IMG/VR virus record: IMGVR_UViG_3300003322_000089 | Location: 1 to 64,000 of that record | Source: a virus | Direction: 5' to 3' (one strand) | DNA: 64,000 bases | Part shown: positions 54,720 through 63,329 of the stretch, one piece after another | Layout of the letters: each line of letters starts with the position of its first letter | Numbering within the stretch: position 1 is the first letter of the stretch | Notes under the pieces: model-generated | What the model saw: the letters and a program-made list of their open reading frames with translations, nothing else | What the model was told of the DNA's origin: nothing | Databases searched by the model: none | Program-made: the position numbers and the translations under genes

Positions 54720-56809
54720 TGCTGAGGACCACTAAACCCTTCTGCACCCGGGGCCGGGGCATTACCTGGAGCTATATTACCAGCGCCCTGTCCCGTAGGA
54801 TTATCAGGGTTTGGAACACCGCCTTGTGAACCTTGATCATTCGGGTTCTGTGGGGGCTGTCCGGAAAGCTCTGCCATCTGCCTCATCATAGTGGCTTGTA
54901 GTGCTGCCATACGAGGATCATTGACGACCTTCTCTTCATCCAGATCGAGACTCGCTGCATATTCTCTAAGGATATAATCCCACTTAATGAATGGGGCCAT
55001 AGAGGGGTTGGGAGCAGCAAACTGAGCAAGCTGTAGGAGCCTCTGAGATCTGATTTCATTTCTCATAAGAGACTCAGTACCCCTTGCTACAATCTCCAAT
55101 CCACCGATGTAATCGGCTTCAAAGTTAAATTGCATATTGAAAGCAAAGAGTGCCTTACCCAACGGGGCAAGAAGATAGTCATCGATATTACGGACAACAG
55201 CTTTGATATTTCTATCAGCTGCACCCATAAGCATAGACATACCAGAGGCGGTCCTACCAACGCCTGTGACGCCCGTTTGACCATGTGCAAAGGAGGGCAT
55301 ACCAGTTGCTTCATCAGAGAGTTGACGAGCCTTGTCGAAGGCAAAGAGAGCATCCTGTGTATGGTTATCAATTTTAACAGAATTAATAGCCTGACCAACA
55401 GGACCACCAGAGCGTCTGAAGATTTTACCAGGATAGAGTTCCATCGATTGCCCAGGGACAAGATAATCTTCATTGACTTCAAGAATAACATTAGAAGATA
55501 ATGCAGCATTGTCTACTGCCAGTCTCATAAAGCCGTTCATAAGCAATTGAGTATCCAACATATTCTCTGCGATACCAATACCGAAGAAAGAGTACGGATT
55601 AATCTCGTAAGGAACTACGTGGTAAGGAATCCTTGCAGGAGTAAAGGGGTTGAATACCAGTCGGAGAACATGGCCACCACAAATCCAAGCATTTACCTGT
55701 ATCTGATCGTGATTTTTGAACTCTTTTGGGATCTTAATGTTATTTTCTTTTGCAATCTCTGCATCCATAATACCCCAATATTCAAGAACTTCCCACCTAT
55801 CCTGGACATTCATTTGGTTCTGAGTCTGCTGAATAAGAGCAGTTTCCCAGTATTTTTGGCTATAATTTGGACCTTCAGAGATGATTGCTTCAATGTTTTT
55901 ACCCCTAAAGAAGGGTCTTTTCTTCAAAGCACGTAGTTCAGACTTAGAAAGTCTATGTCTTTGTATGAATTTCTCTGCTTCTGCCATATTCCTGGCATCG
56001 CAGTCTGGATAACAATCCCAAATGGAAACAAATTCGACAAATGGGATGGTCCTAATCTCAGGATCGTAGGTTCCGTCCTTACCCCAACGAGGATATTCCT
56101 TATCGATGGCAAAAGGACCCTTATAGACACCAGTTCCAAAGAGTGCCAGTTCGAAAACCGTAGATCTGAGGGATTTGGAAGCATCTGCTTCGTCCAACTG
56201 ATCAAGAATTTTCTTTTCCATCTTCTTAGCTGCATCATTTGCAGGTTCGAAGGTGATATCAGAGGGTAATCTACCAGGACCGGGCTGTACTTTATCCTCT
56301 ACAGGCTTCAAAAGATCCTGTTTTGGACCAAAAAGCTTGGCAATGTGAGGTGCCATCTGCGGGTTTTGAGAGGATTTAAGCTGAGATTGTCCAGTTGGAT
56401 CGATATGAACTGAATCTTCTATACCAACTGAGAGATTCTGAGGTTGAATACCGATAGGAAATCTGTTTCCAGCAAAAAGAACATCTACAATCTGTGCTAC
56501 AGCTGCCATAACCTTCGTTTTTGTAATCTTAATGAAGGCTTTTGACTTCTCGTTTCCAGAGAACTGTGTGGTAGGACCGTAGAGTCCACGATAATTACGA
56601 AAACACTCAAGCCACCTCTGTTCGTCAATGTATCTTTTGCGCTCAGATTTGGAAAAGTCTTCTCTAATGGACTCTACAAGCCTAGAATACTTACGGTCAT
56701 CTTCAGGAACATCAGTGGCTTCAGGGACAGAAACTGCCGAAGAAGGATCAGCAGATGTTTCCACTGTCAGATCATTATTAAGTGGCATTTCATCCATAAA
56801 TGAAGCCAT
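54716..56809 (-). CDS. Portal protein
   Basis: 697-aa ORF between terminase and scaffold. Gly/Pro/Gln-rich C-terminal tail. Called by position and size. Confidence 0.7.
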   Translation of the reverse strand: MASFMDEMPLNNDLTVETSADPSSAVSVPEATDVPEDDRKYSRLVESIREDFSKSERKRYIDEQRWLECFRNYRGLYGPTTQFSGNEKSKAFIKITKTKVMAAVAQIVDVLFAGNRFPIGIQPQNLSVGIEDSVHIDPTGQSQLKSSQNPQMAPHIAKLFGPKQDLLKPVEDKVQPGPGRLPSDITFEPANDAAKKMEKKILDQLDEADASKSLRSTVFELALFGTGVYKGPFAIDKEYPRWGKDGTYDPEIRTIPFVEFVSIWDCYPDCDARNMAEAEKFIQRHRLSKSELRALKKRPFFRGKNIEAIISEGPNYSQKYWETALIQQTQNQMNVQDRWEVLEYWGIMDAEIAKENNIKIPKEFKNHDQIQVNAWICGGHVLRLVFNPFTPARIPYHVVPYEINPYSFFGIGIAENMLDTQLLMNGFMRLAVDNAALSSNVILEVNEDYLVPGQSMELYPGKIFRRSGGPVGQAINSVKIDNHTQDALFAFDKARQLSDEATGMPSFAHGQTGVTGVGRTASGMSMLMGAADRNIKAVVRNIDDYLLAPLGKALFAFNMQFNFEADYIGGLEIVARGTESLMRNEIRSQRLLQLAQFAAPNPSMAPFIKWDYILREYAASLDLDEEKVVNDPRMAALQATMMRQMAELSGQPPQNPNDQGSQGGVPNPDNPTGQGAGNIAPGNAPAPGAEGFSGPQQ

Positions 56810-56823
56810 AAGAACTCCTTAAA

Positions 56824-58611
56824 TTAAGTTAAGAGCTGCTGGTATCCGAGATTATCACGGTCCCACAATTCAGATAGTGATAGGAATTTAAATCCTCTGG
56901 AGACAGCACCTTCTAAATAGGGTATCATCACGTCTTGCATCGATGTATCCAGACCGGCTGGAGTACCAGTTACGATGTTATGGAAATATGGGGTGATCGT
57001 ACCTCCAACTGCTGCAACCTTGTCGAGGTCGAGCAGCATGTTAGACAGCACACCACCGGTATATCCCTGACCTGACAGGGTAAGAGCCTGGTCACCGAAG
57101 CCGAAGCGCGTGAAGTTAGGCAGATAGCCTGCCGAACCCGATGTACCGCCACCAAGCGTGGTCCGCATGAGCTTCATGCCGTTGGTGGTACGGAACGCAT
57201 CCTGCATAGCCGGTCGGGTGAATGGGTCTCCAAGGTATATGAAAGCAGCACGCGTGACGGCGGAGTTGATGTTCTGATCAACAGTAATCGTTGTTCCGAC
57301 GACGTTTGTTACAGTCGCCCCGTTGACCTTGTTGGCCCCGAAGCCGCCGAACATCTTCATGCCGATCTCGACAACCGTGCCTGCCGGATTGGCGGTGATG
57401 AGCGTACCAACATCAAAAGACGATGTTCCGTTGGCGACGATGGTGGACGAGCGGACACTCTTTTCCCAAGGGTCATCGTTAGCATCAAGAGCAGTTGCTT
57501 GGAACACACCTTCTGGATAGCATCCGAATTCTGCGCCGCGAGGCATTCCATTGGAAGTTAGATAGGCTTGTACTTCAGCTAGTGCTGCTGCAGCTCCTGC
57601 AGGGTCTGTCCAGAATGGGAATTGGAAATCATTTGGGCTGTCGCAGGCCATGTCGTGACCAGCAGCATACATTTCCTGAATTTCAGCCAGCGAGTAGCAG
57701 TTTGCAGTGCCGACTTTCCCATTTGGTACCATAACGGTAAAATGGGAACCTGTTGGCATATTCGCCTGCCACCACGGATATAGCACAGAATAGTGCGAAC
57801 GGTGTGCATCATCTAGGGTCAAGCACATCGTTGGCTGACCTTTAGCATTGGCTACGATTGCGTGGTACGTAACCTCCGCGTTGCTCGGAACGCGCGTGGA
57901 GTAGCGAGGCCGAAGCTGGATGTTGCCAAGTCCAGATGGCATGCTTGTGAATGCACTCTTCGGGAATGCCCTCCACCTTGCACCCGGCGTAAGATCGTCG
58001 CTGTTTTCAGCAACAGTCGTACCGCTAAATACGTTGCTCCGCCCGATCTCGAATTGCACTTGGTTCGAGGCATACCGGTCATTCGAGTACATGAAGGCGA
58101 TCACGTCGCCGAAGTCGGTGTCTGGATTATACTGCGTGGCAAGTGTCTTCGCACCCGCAATCCCCTGTCCAGAGCCCACAGCAGTCGTCGTCATCTTCAT
58201 CGCATTCGCCACACCGGGTATAGCCGATGCAACAAGTGACGTTGTCATGTTCGATCCACCGGAATAGCTAGCTGTACTAGTAAAGAGATCAAGTACGAGT
58301 GGTTCTGGTAGTCCTGCGATAGCAGATAGAATTGTTGCCAAAGCTGTAGAACTTAACCCAGGGGAGATAAGATCAGCAAGTCGGCGGCCTGTGTTATTAG
58401 GAGTACCTGCAAGAACTGCTGTCATCTCGGAAGCAAGCGTAGCGGGAGAAGCACCGGGATAAACTAAGTCCGAGAGTCTTTTTGTTTCCGGGGTTTGTGT
58501 ACCACCAGCGGCATTCTGTACTATAATAGAAAGCTCGTCAGAGTCAGCTCCAGGAGAAACCAAATCTGCAAGAGTATCTAGAGGCTTGACACGAATGGTT
58601 TCTCCTGCCAT
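56824..58611 (-). CDS. Chimeric protein: three ~31-aa N-terminal repeats plus a GC-rich body (possible polysaccharide deacetylase-like fold)
   Basis: Repeats (R)L(A/S)DL(V/I)xPGxxxxxLAxxxxxxAGxP occur three times. LTLDDAHRSHY weakly resembles NodB motif 1. The enzymatic call is tentative. Confidence 0.4.
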   Translation of the reverse strand: MAGETIRVKPLDTLADLVSPGADSDELSIIVQNAAGGTQTPETKRLSDLVYPGASPATLASEMTAVLAGTPNNTGRRLADLISPGLSSTALATILSAIAGLPEPLVLDLFTSTASYSGGSNMTTSLVASAIPGVANAMKMTTTAVGSGQGIAGAKTLATQYNPDTDFGDVIAFMYSNDRYASNQVQFEIGRSNVFSGTTVAENSDDLTPGARWRAFPKSAFTSMPSGLGNIQLRPRYSTRVPSNAEVTYHAIVANAKGQPTMCLTLDDAHRSHYSVLYPWWQANMPTGSHFTVMVPNGKVGTANCYSLAEIQEMYAAGHDMACDSPNDFQFPFWTDPAGAAAALAEVQAYLTSNGMPRGAEFGCYPEGVFQATALDANDDPWEKSVRSSTIVANGTSSFDVGTLITANPAGTVVEIGMKMFGGFGANKVNGATVTNVVGTTITVDQNINSAVTRAAFIYLGDPFTRPAMQDAFRTTNGMKLMRTTLGGGTSGSAGYLPNFTRFGFGDQALTLSGQGYTGGVLSNMLLDLDKVAAVGGTITPYFHNIVTGTPAGLDTSMQDVMIPYLEGAVSRGFKFLSLSELWDRDNLGYQQLLT

Positions 58612-58698
58612 TTACTTTTTACCCTTCGGTTTCTTGGAGGGAATAGACATTTTAGTCGCTTTCATCTTAGCGATAGATGTGGGCTTACAATTTTTCAC
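58612..58698 (-). CDS. 28-aa lysine-rich peptide
   Basis: Its GTG overlaps the upstream TGA, and its stop abuts the ATG of the 595-aa gene. Translated by eye. Confidence 0.3.
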   Translation of the reverse strand: MKNCKPTSIAKMKATKMSIPSKKPKGKK

Positions 58699-58958
58699 TC
58701 TTCTTCTCCTAGATCAATAATCATTGTGGACATCAATATGGTCTTTGCCTTATCGAGATCCCAATTGATCTCTTGGACATTTCCAGAGGTAGTTGCAAAG
58801 TAAAATCTACCGTCTGACTGTCTGCCAATAACGATAAGGTCATCAAATTCCTTGTCTTGAAGAGCCTCTATCACCTTCTCTACCGAAACACCGGGGGCGT
58901 CATGGTCGTCGAAAAGGGGGAGGATATCAGTACCGGGGAAAGAGATGACGTTATCCAT
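58695..58958 (-). CDS. Small acidic protein
   Basis: Listed ORF, tightly packed. Confidence 0.5.
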   Translation of the reverse strand: MDNVISFPGTDILPLFDDHDAPGVSVEKVIEALQDKEFDDLIVIGRQSDGRFYFATTSGNVQEINWDLDKAKTILMSTMIIDLGEEE

Positions 58959-59173
58959 TATTTATTATCCTTTACTGTATGCCTGAAGAAAGGAGCATCT
59001 TTCTGATTCCAAGTGGGCTTTTCAGCTTTAGAACCGTCCATTGGAAAAGTCTGAGTCACATAAGGCTGATCAGAGCCATTAGGAGAAACAGTAGTTCGAG
59101 AAACCACATTATCGGTGGACTTCATTGAGCCACGACCTTTAGATTTCATCTTCTTAGGTTCAAAGGGAGCCAT
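58958..59173 (-). CDS. Small basic protein ending ...APFFRHTVKDNK
   Basis: Listed ORF. Shares a C-terminal PFF[KR]H motif with the next gene. Confidence 0.5.
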   Translation of the reverse strand: MAPFEPKKMKSKGRGSMKSTDNVVSRTTVSPNGSDQPYVTQTFPMDGSKAEKPTWNQKDAPFFRHTVKDNK

Positions 59174-59520
59174 TACTTTTCTTCCTTATAGACATTGCTT
59201 GTAGTTTTGTGCTTGAAGAAAGGGACTTCGTCATAATTGGCACGGGAAGTTGTATCGAGATTTTCAGGAGCAGGGTCCTTATAGGCTCGACCTTCACCTG
59301 TAGCTCTAGACTTCGTTGCCCTACCGGGATTCTTCAATCGATTAACAATGAGATCCGATGGCGACTTGTCTTCGTTGTAAGCAACGGCTTCAGGAGATGT
59401 AAGACGAGGAGAGTTCCTTGCCTTGATTTCCTGCCTCATGGTTGCTTCATACTTTTGATTTGCTTTTGAGTCTCTGACATCAATGACGTTGTCGGACTGT
59501 CTTCCTGTTCTTTTCACCAT
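59173..59520 (-). CDS. Small basic protein ending ...VPFFKHKTTSNVYKEEK
   Basis: Listed ORF with low-complexity basic composition. Confidence 0.5.
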   Translation of the reverse strand: MVKRTGRQSDNVIDVRDSKANQKYEATMRQEIKARNSPRLTSPEAVAYNEDKSPSDLIVNRLKNPGRATKSRATGEGRAYKDPAPENLDTTSRANYDEVPFFKHKTTSNVYKEEK

Positions 59521-59534
59521 ATCCTCTATTCTTT

Positions 59535-61481
59535 TTAGTATCCGAAGACATCGTCAGCGGGGATGTACTTATGCATGGGCTTTGTGCCCCAATCTAATGG
59601 AGAAGAAGCTCTCGGCCTGGACATAATCCCATAACGAAGGGCGTCATAGGAGTGGTCTCGTGAGTAACGAGAATCGATGTCATCAGTACCGTCGGGATCT
59701 GTGGGGATAGCCGGGAGGTCAGAAATAACCTGTCTGCAAGTATCGAAGAAAACAATACCTGCTCTCTCCTCACCGAGTCCGTTAATACTACGAACCTTCA
59801 GGAGTTCATGCAATCTATTCTTACCGGAAACACGAGAGCCTTGACCTCTGTCTGAAGGTCTCCACTTACACCCGGCAGCAATCATTTCTTCTGCTACAGA
59901 AGGACCATAGTGACCTCTTTGGTGCCATACTGAGCTGTCCAGTATACCGTAAGCAATCTTCTCGCCAGCCTCAAGCATAAGGGTTTTCTGGGCCAGATCG
60001 ACACCAGTCATTCCCGATCCGTAGAGTTCCCTATAAACATATAGCGTATCATAAGCCGGATCAATCGCAAACCAAAGGACACAAGCTGGAGAAGAATAAC
60101 CATAGTCAGCACTTCTAAAACGACGCCACTCAGATGGTACATCGAAAGGCTTGCAGACATGGTGGTTGGGATTAAATTCAGCAAAGGCAGCCCCCTCTAC
60201 AATAGACCAATCGCCTTCAAGGAGCTTACGTCTCTGATCTTCTGGCAATGACAAAAGATTAGCTTCATAAATGCCATCTTCAGCAAGGTAAGGATTGTCC
60301 TTCAGTCTTGCCGGGATAAACCTTCTCTTAAAGATGGGCTTACCTCTTTTGTTGGGATCATCATGGTTTTCTGGATATCTGATTACTTCCCCTGTCTCGA
60401 TATTAGTCGCCCAGAAGGCTTGTCCAGCAGGAGCAGGGTCGATGAACATCTTCTTTACCCAATGGTGACCAGGGCCACCGGGGTTAGTAGTTGCTCGGAA
60501 AGAAAGGCACTTCTTAAGCTCTGGGTCTGCCGTTCTGAGACGAGACTTAAGGTAGGTGTAAGCAAAAGGGGTAGGATACTGCGTCAACTCGTCCATACCG
60601 ATCCAAGTAAATGCCTGACCCTGATATCGGAGAACGTCATCGTCTCTATCAAGGTAGGTGATCCAGAGTTTGGCACCGGAAGGAAAGGTCCACATAGATT
60701 TCTGATCCTGCCATTTGGCATCTGGCCAGAGTTTCTTGTAGAGCTTATTTGTTTCCCAGATGATTTCTCTGAGTTCGTCATTGGTCCGACGGAGAAGAAG
60801 ACCTACGAAATTAGGATTCTCGAAATATCTCATAGGATCGGCAATCATGGCGAATGTCTTACCGCCACCGGCAGAACCACCATAGAGAACTTCTGTCTCA
60901 GTGGCAGCTAGAAAGTCTGACTGAGGTCCCTCGTTCGGAACAAAAACAAAATCGATATCTTTGTTCTTAGGTTTGGCAGGGGTGAATTTCTCTGAGAATG
61001 TACCCTCTCTAAAGGGTTCTTTCCTGTGGTTGGGACCCTCTGGGAATTCCTCGTCTGGAATCTTCCTTACTGGTTCCTTGGAGAGCTTCTCATACCTTTT
61101 CCGGGCATTAGTGATAGCTCTCTTGGCATTTGCCTTCTCTACAGATTCCTTGGTCCTCTTGGGGGCCTTCTTATTCAGGATCTGTCTATTGGTCTTCTTA
61201 AATTGATATGGCTTACGGTGAAGCTTGTAGAGATTGGCTACAGTCTGGTGAGTAATGGATCTAAGAAGCTTCTGGGACAACCATTCACAGACTTCCCGGA
61301 GAGATGATCCTTTGTCGATATAATCGAATCCTACCTCAATGTGAACAATCTGTTCTGGGTCCGGAATAATATCATGAGGATCTTCTGGATTAACCTTATA
61401 ACCAAATCCAATCTTACCATAAGGTAGCTTACGTCTCCAAGGCTTCCACCTATCGAGTGGCAACAGAGGATTATCATTCAT
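59535..61481 (-). CDS. terL: Terminase large subunit
   Basis: Walker A GGSAGGGKTF, Walker B-like WIGMDEL, a C-terminal nuclease region and an N-terminal extension of ~190 aa. Confidence 0.85.
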   Translation of the reverse strand: MNDNPLLPLDRWKPWRRKLPYGKIGFGYKVNPEDPHDIIPDPEQIVHIEVGFDYIDKGSSLREVCEWLSQKLLRSITHQTVANLYKLHRKPYQFKKTNRQILNKKAPKRTKESVEKANAKRAITNARKRYEKLSKEPVRKIPDEEFPEGPNHRKEPFREGTFSEKFTPAKPKNKDIDFVFVPNEGPQSDFLAATETEVLYGGSAGGGKTFAMIADPMRYFENPNFVGLLLRRTNDELREIIWETNKLYKKLWPDAKWQDQKSMWTFPSGAKLWITYLDRDDDVLRYQGQAFTWIGMDELTQYPTPFAYTYLKSRLRTADPELKKCLSFRATTNPGGPGHHWVKKMFIDPAPAGQAFWATNIETGEVIRYPENHDDPNKRGKPIFKRRFIPARLKDNPYLAEDGIYEANLLSLPEDQRRKLLEGDWSIVEGAAFAEFNPNHHVCKPFDVPSEWRRFRSADYGYSSPACVLWFAIDPAYDTLYVYRELYGSGMTGVDLAQKTLMLEAGEKIAYGILDSSVWHQRGHYGPSVAEEMIAAGCKWRPSDRGQGSRVSGKNRLHELLKVRSINGLGEERAGIVFFDTCRQVISDLPAIPTDPDGTDDIDSRYSRDHSYDALRYGIMSRPRASSPLDWGTKPMHKYIPADDVFGY

Positions 61482-61911
61482 GATCGATAACCTTAAAATC
61501 TTCTACAGAATCTTTGGGAGGAAGGATAAACATATTCCTAACCTCGGTGACCTTAACACCCTCTTCTTTATTAACTCCACTCCTGTCCAAGATCTCCTTG
61601 GAAGAAACCAAGAGGTTCTTAGCTCCTACCATATTGGGATCATACTGGAGTTTAACGAGGTTAATGGAAGCAAGGGCAGAGGCAGCAGTAAGATAATCCT
61701 TGGCTCTTTCCCTAATGTGTTTGGCAAGAGGTTTAGTCACATGACTCTCAGGAGTATCCTTGGAATAACCAGCCTTGGTCATAGCCTCTCTGATATTCCC
61801 GGAACAAAACTCAAATAGGTTATCCAAGAAAGCTTCTTCCTTAAGGGTAAGTCCATTCTCGGAAGTAATATCTGCAATTAGTTCATTCTTAAGATCAGAC
61901 AATATAGACAC
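61474..61911 (-). CDS. terS: Terminase small subunit (putative)
   Basis: 145-aa ORF overlapping the terL start, first gene of the late arm. Has an HTH-like segment NIREAMTKAGYS. GTG start. Confidence 0.55.
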   Translation of the reverse strand: MSILSDLKNELIADITSENGLTLKEEAFLDNLFEFCSGNIREAMTKAGYSKDTPESHVTKPLAKHIRERAKDYLTAASALASINLVKLQYDPNMVGAKNLLVSSKEILDRSGVNKEEGVKVTEVRNMFILPPKDSVEDFKVIDHE

Positions 61912-62900
61912 CTTTAACTATGTTAAATCCAAATGTCTTTTTGACATTCATTCATTGAATAAAAATTATTTTTGAGAGCCATTCGCTATACTACAAGTAA
62001 CGTCATTCAAGTTACGAAGTAAGTTGATCTTGTATGAGTACTCTACAAGTAGTTCACTACCTTGCGTCTCTTGAAGATCAAAGCAGTGTGTTACGCTTGA
62101 AGGATCAGACTTGAATGAATACGCTTGAAGAAGTCATCCGACGTAGGAGGATCCGAACAGATAGCATACAACTAAAGTACTAAGAAAAAATCAAAAGATC
62201 TAAATCAAAGCAGCTAAAAGATCAAACTATTCGATCTAACGATCAAAGTCGAAATCCAATAGGAGTGGTTCAAGCAGTAAAGCATTATTCTGCTTTTTCT
62301 TTTTCTACTATAGTTTAATTATATCATTTTTCAAAAAGGTTGTCAAGAGGGTAAATGAATAAAAGTGCATAATATTGGAAAAAACTCTAAAATAATTCTA
62401 TTTTTTACTATTTTTGAACTAATACAGTAAGAATAATACTTCAAGTATACTTCAAGATTACCTATGAATTAGACAAGAAGTATTTCTAGAAGGTCTATTT
62501 TTTGCACTTTATGCTCACTCATTTTGACATCTAACTATTTGAAAAATATCTCCAATCGGTATACACCAATTAGTACCCACCCCCTGTGCCCCTTCGGTAC
62601 CCCCTTCGAAAAAACCTGGAGTATAGTGTGGTAATAGAGTAAGAAGAGTGTGTATACCCATAAGAACAATACTTCATATCAATATAGAACTACATGAACT
62701 ATACTTGAAGCATGTATTCTTGAAGTACTATTCTACCTGGATACACTTGAAGCATCCGTTCTTGAAGTATAGCAATACTTGGAAATAAAAAGAATACTGT
62801 TATAGGACTATATTCCTATCGTTAGGTAAAGATTCCTACAACCTACGATTAGTTGATTACAACTTATGATTATGCTATATTATTGGTGTGACATTAAAGC
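61912..62900. promoter_or_regulatory. AT-rich divergent control region with CTTGAAG iterons (candidate promoter hub / replication origin)
   Basis: No credible ORF. It holds 7 direct and 2 inverted perfect CTTGAAG copies plus one variant, GATCAAAG repeats, a TTGTCAAGAGGGTAAAT box, a C-rich box, and a TTGACA-17-AATTAT promoter-like site at 61941-69. Confidence 0.65.
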
Positions 62901-63195
62901 AACAGTAGGAGTTTATTATTTGTCCGATACTGGATTAGTTCTGCGCGTAGTGCATAGCAGATATGCAAAATTGTCTATATTCTTGGATGACAGTTGTGGT
63001 AATCTCTAATCATCGAAAGGGAGGAAACAAACTTTCGAGAAACCTGGTACTGAGAGGGTCTGATCCGTATCTTGCTAGGAGTGTCCAATCAAAACAAGCC
63101 TTCTGCAGGGCGATTGGAGAAGCCATGAGTAGGACTGCAGACTGAGGACTTAGAAGTGTTCTTAGCGAATGGGAAAACTGCCAGAAAGGGGATTA

Positions 63196-63327
63196 ATGAG
63201 GTTTCTTTGTAGATTAGGCCGTCATGTTTGGGTTTATGTCAAGGGTAGCGAAAAGCATGTCGCTTGGCAGGAAGAATGCAAGCATTGCGGCAAGATCATT
63301 AATCGTTCTGGTTTTGACGGTTGGTGA
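63196..63327 (+). CDS. Small zinc-ribbon-like protein (43 aa; DUF1660-like)
   Basis: AAAGGGGA lies 5 nt upstream of the ATG. MRFLCRLGRHVW...CKHCGK resembles small prophage proteins of that family (from memory). Confidence 0.45.
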   Translation: MRFLCRLGRHVWVYVKGSEKHVAWQEECKHCGKIINRSGFDGW

Positions 63328-63329
63328 TG

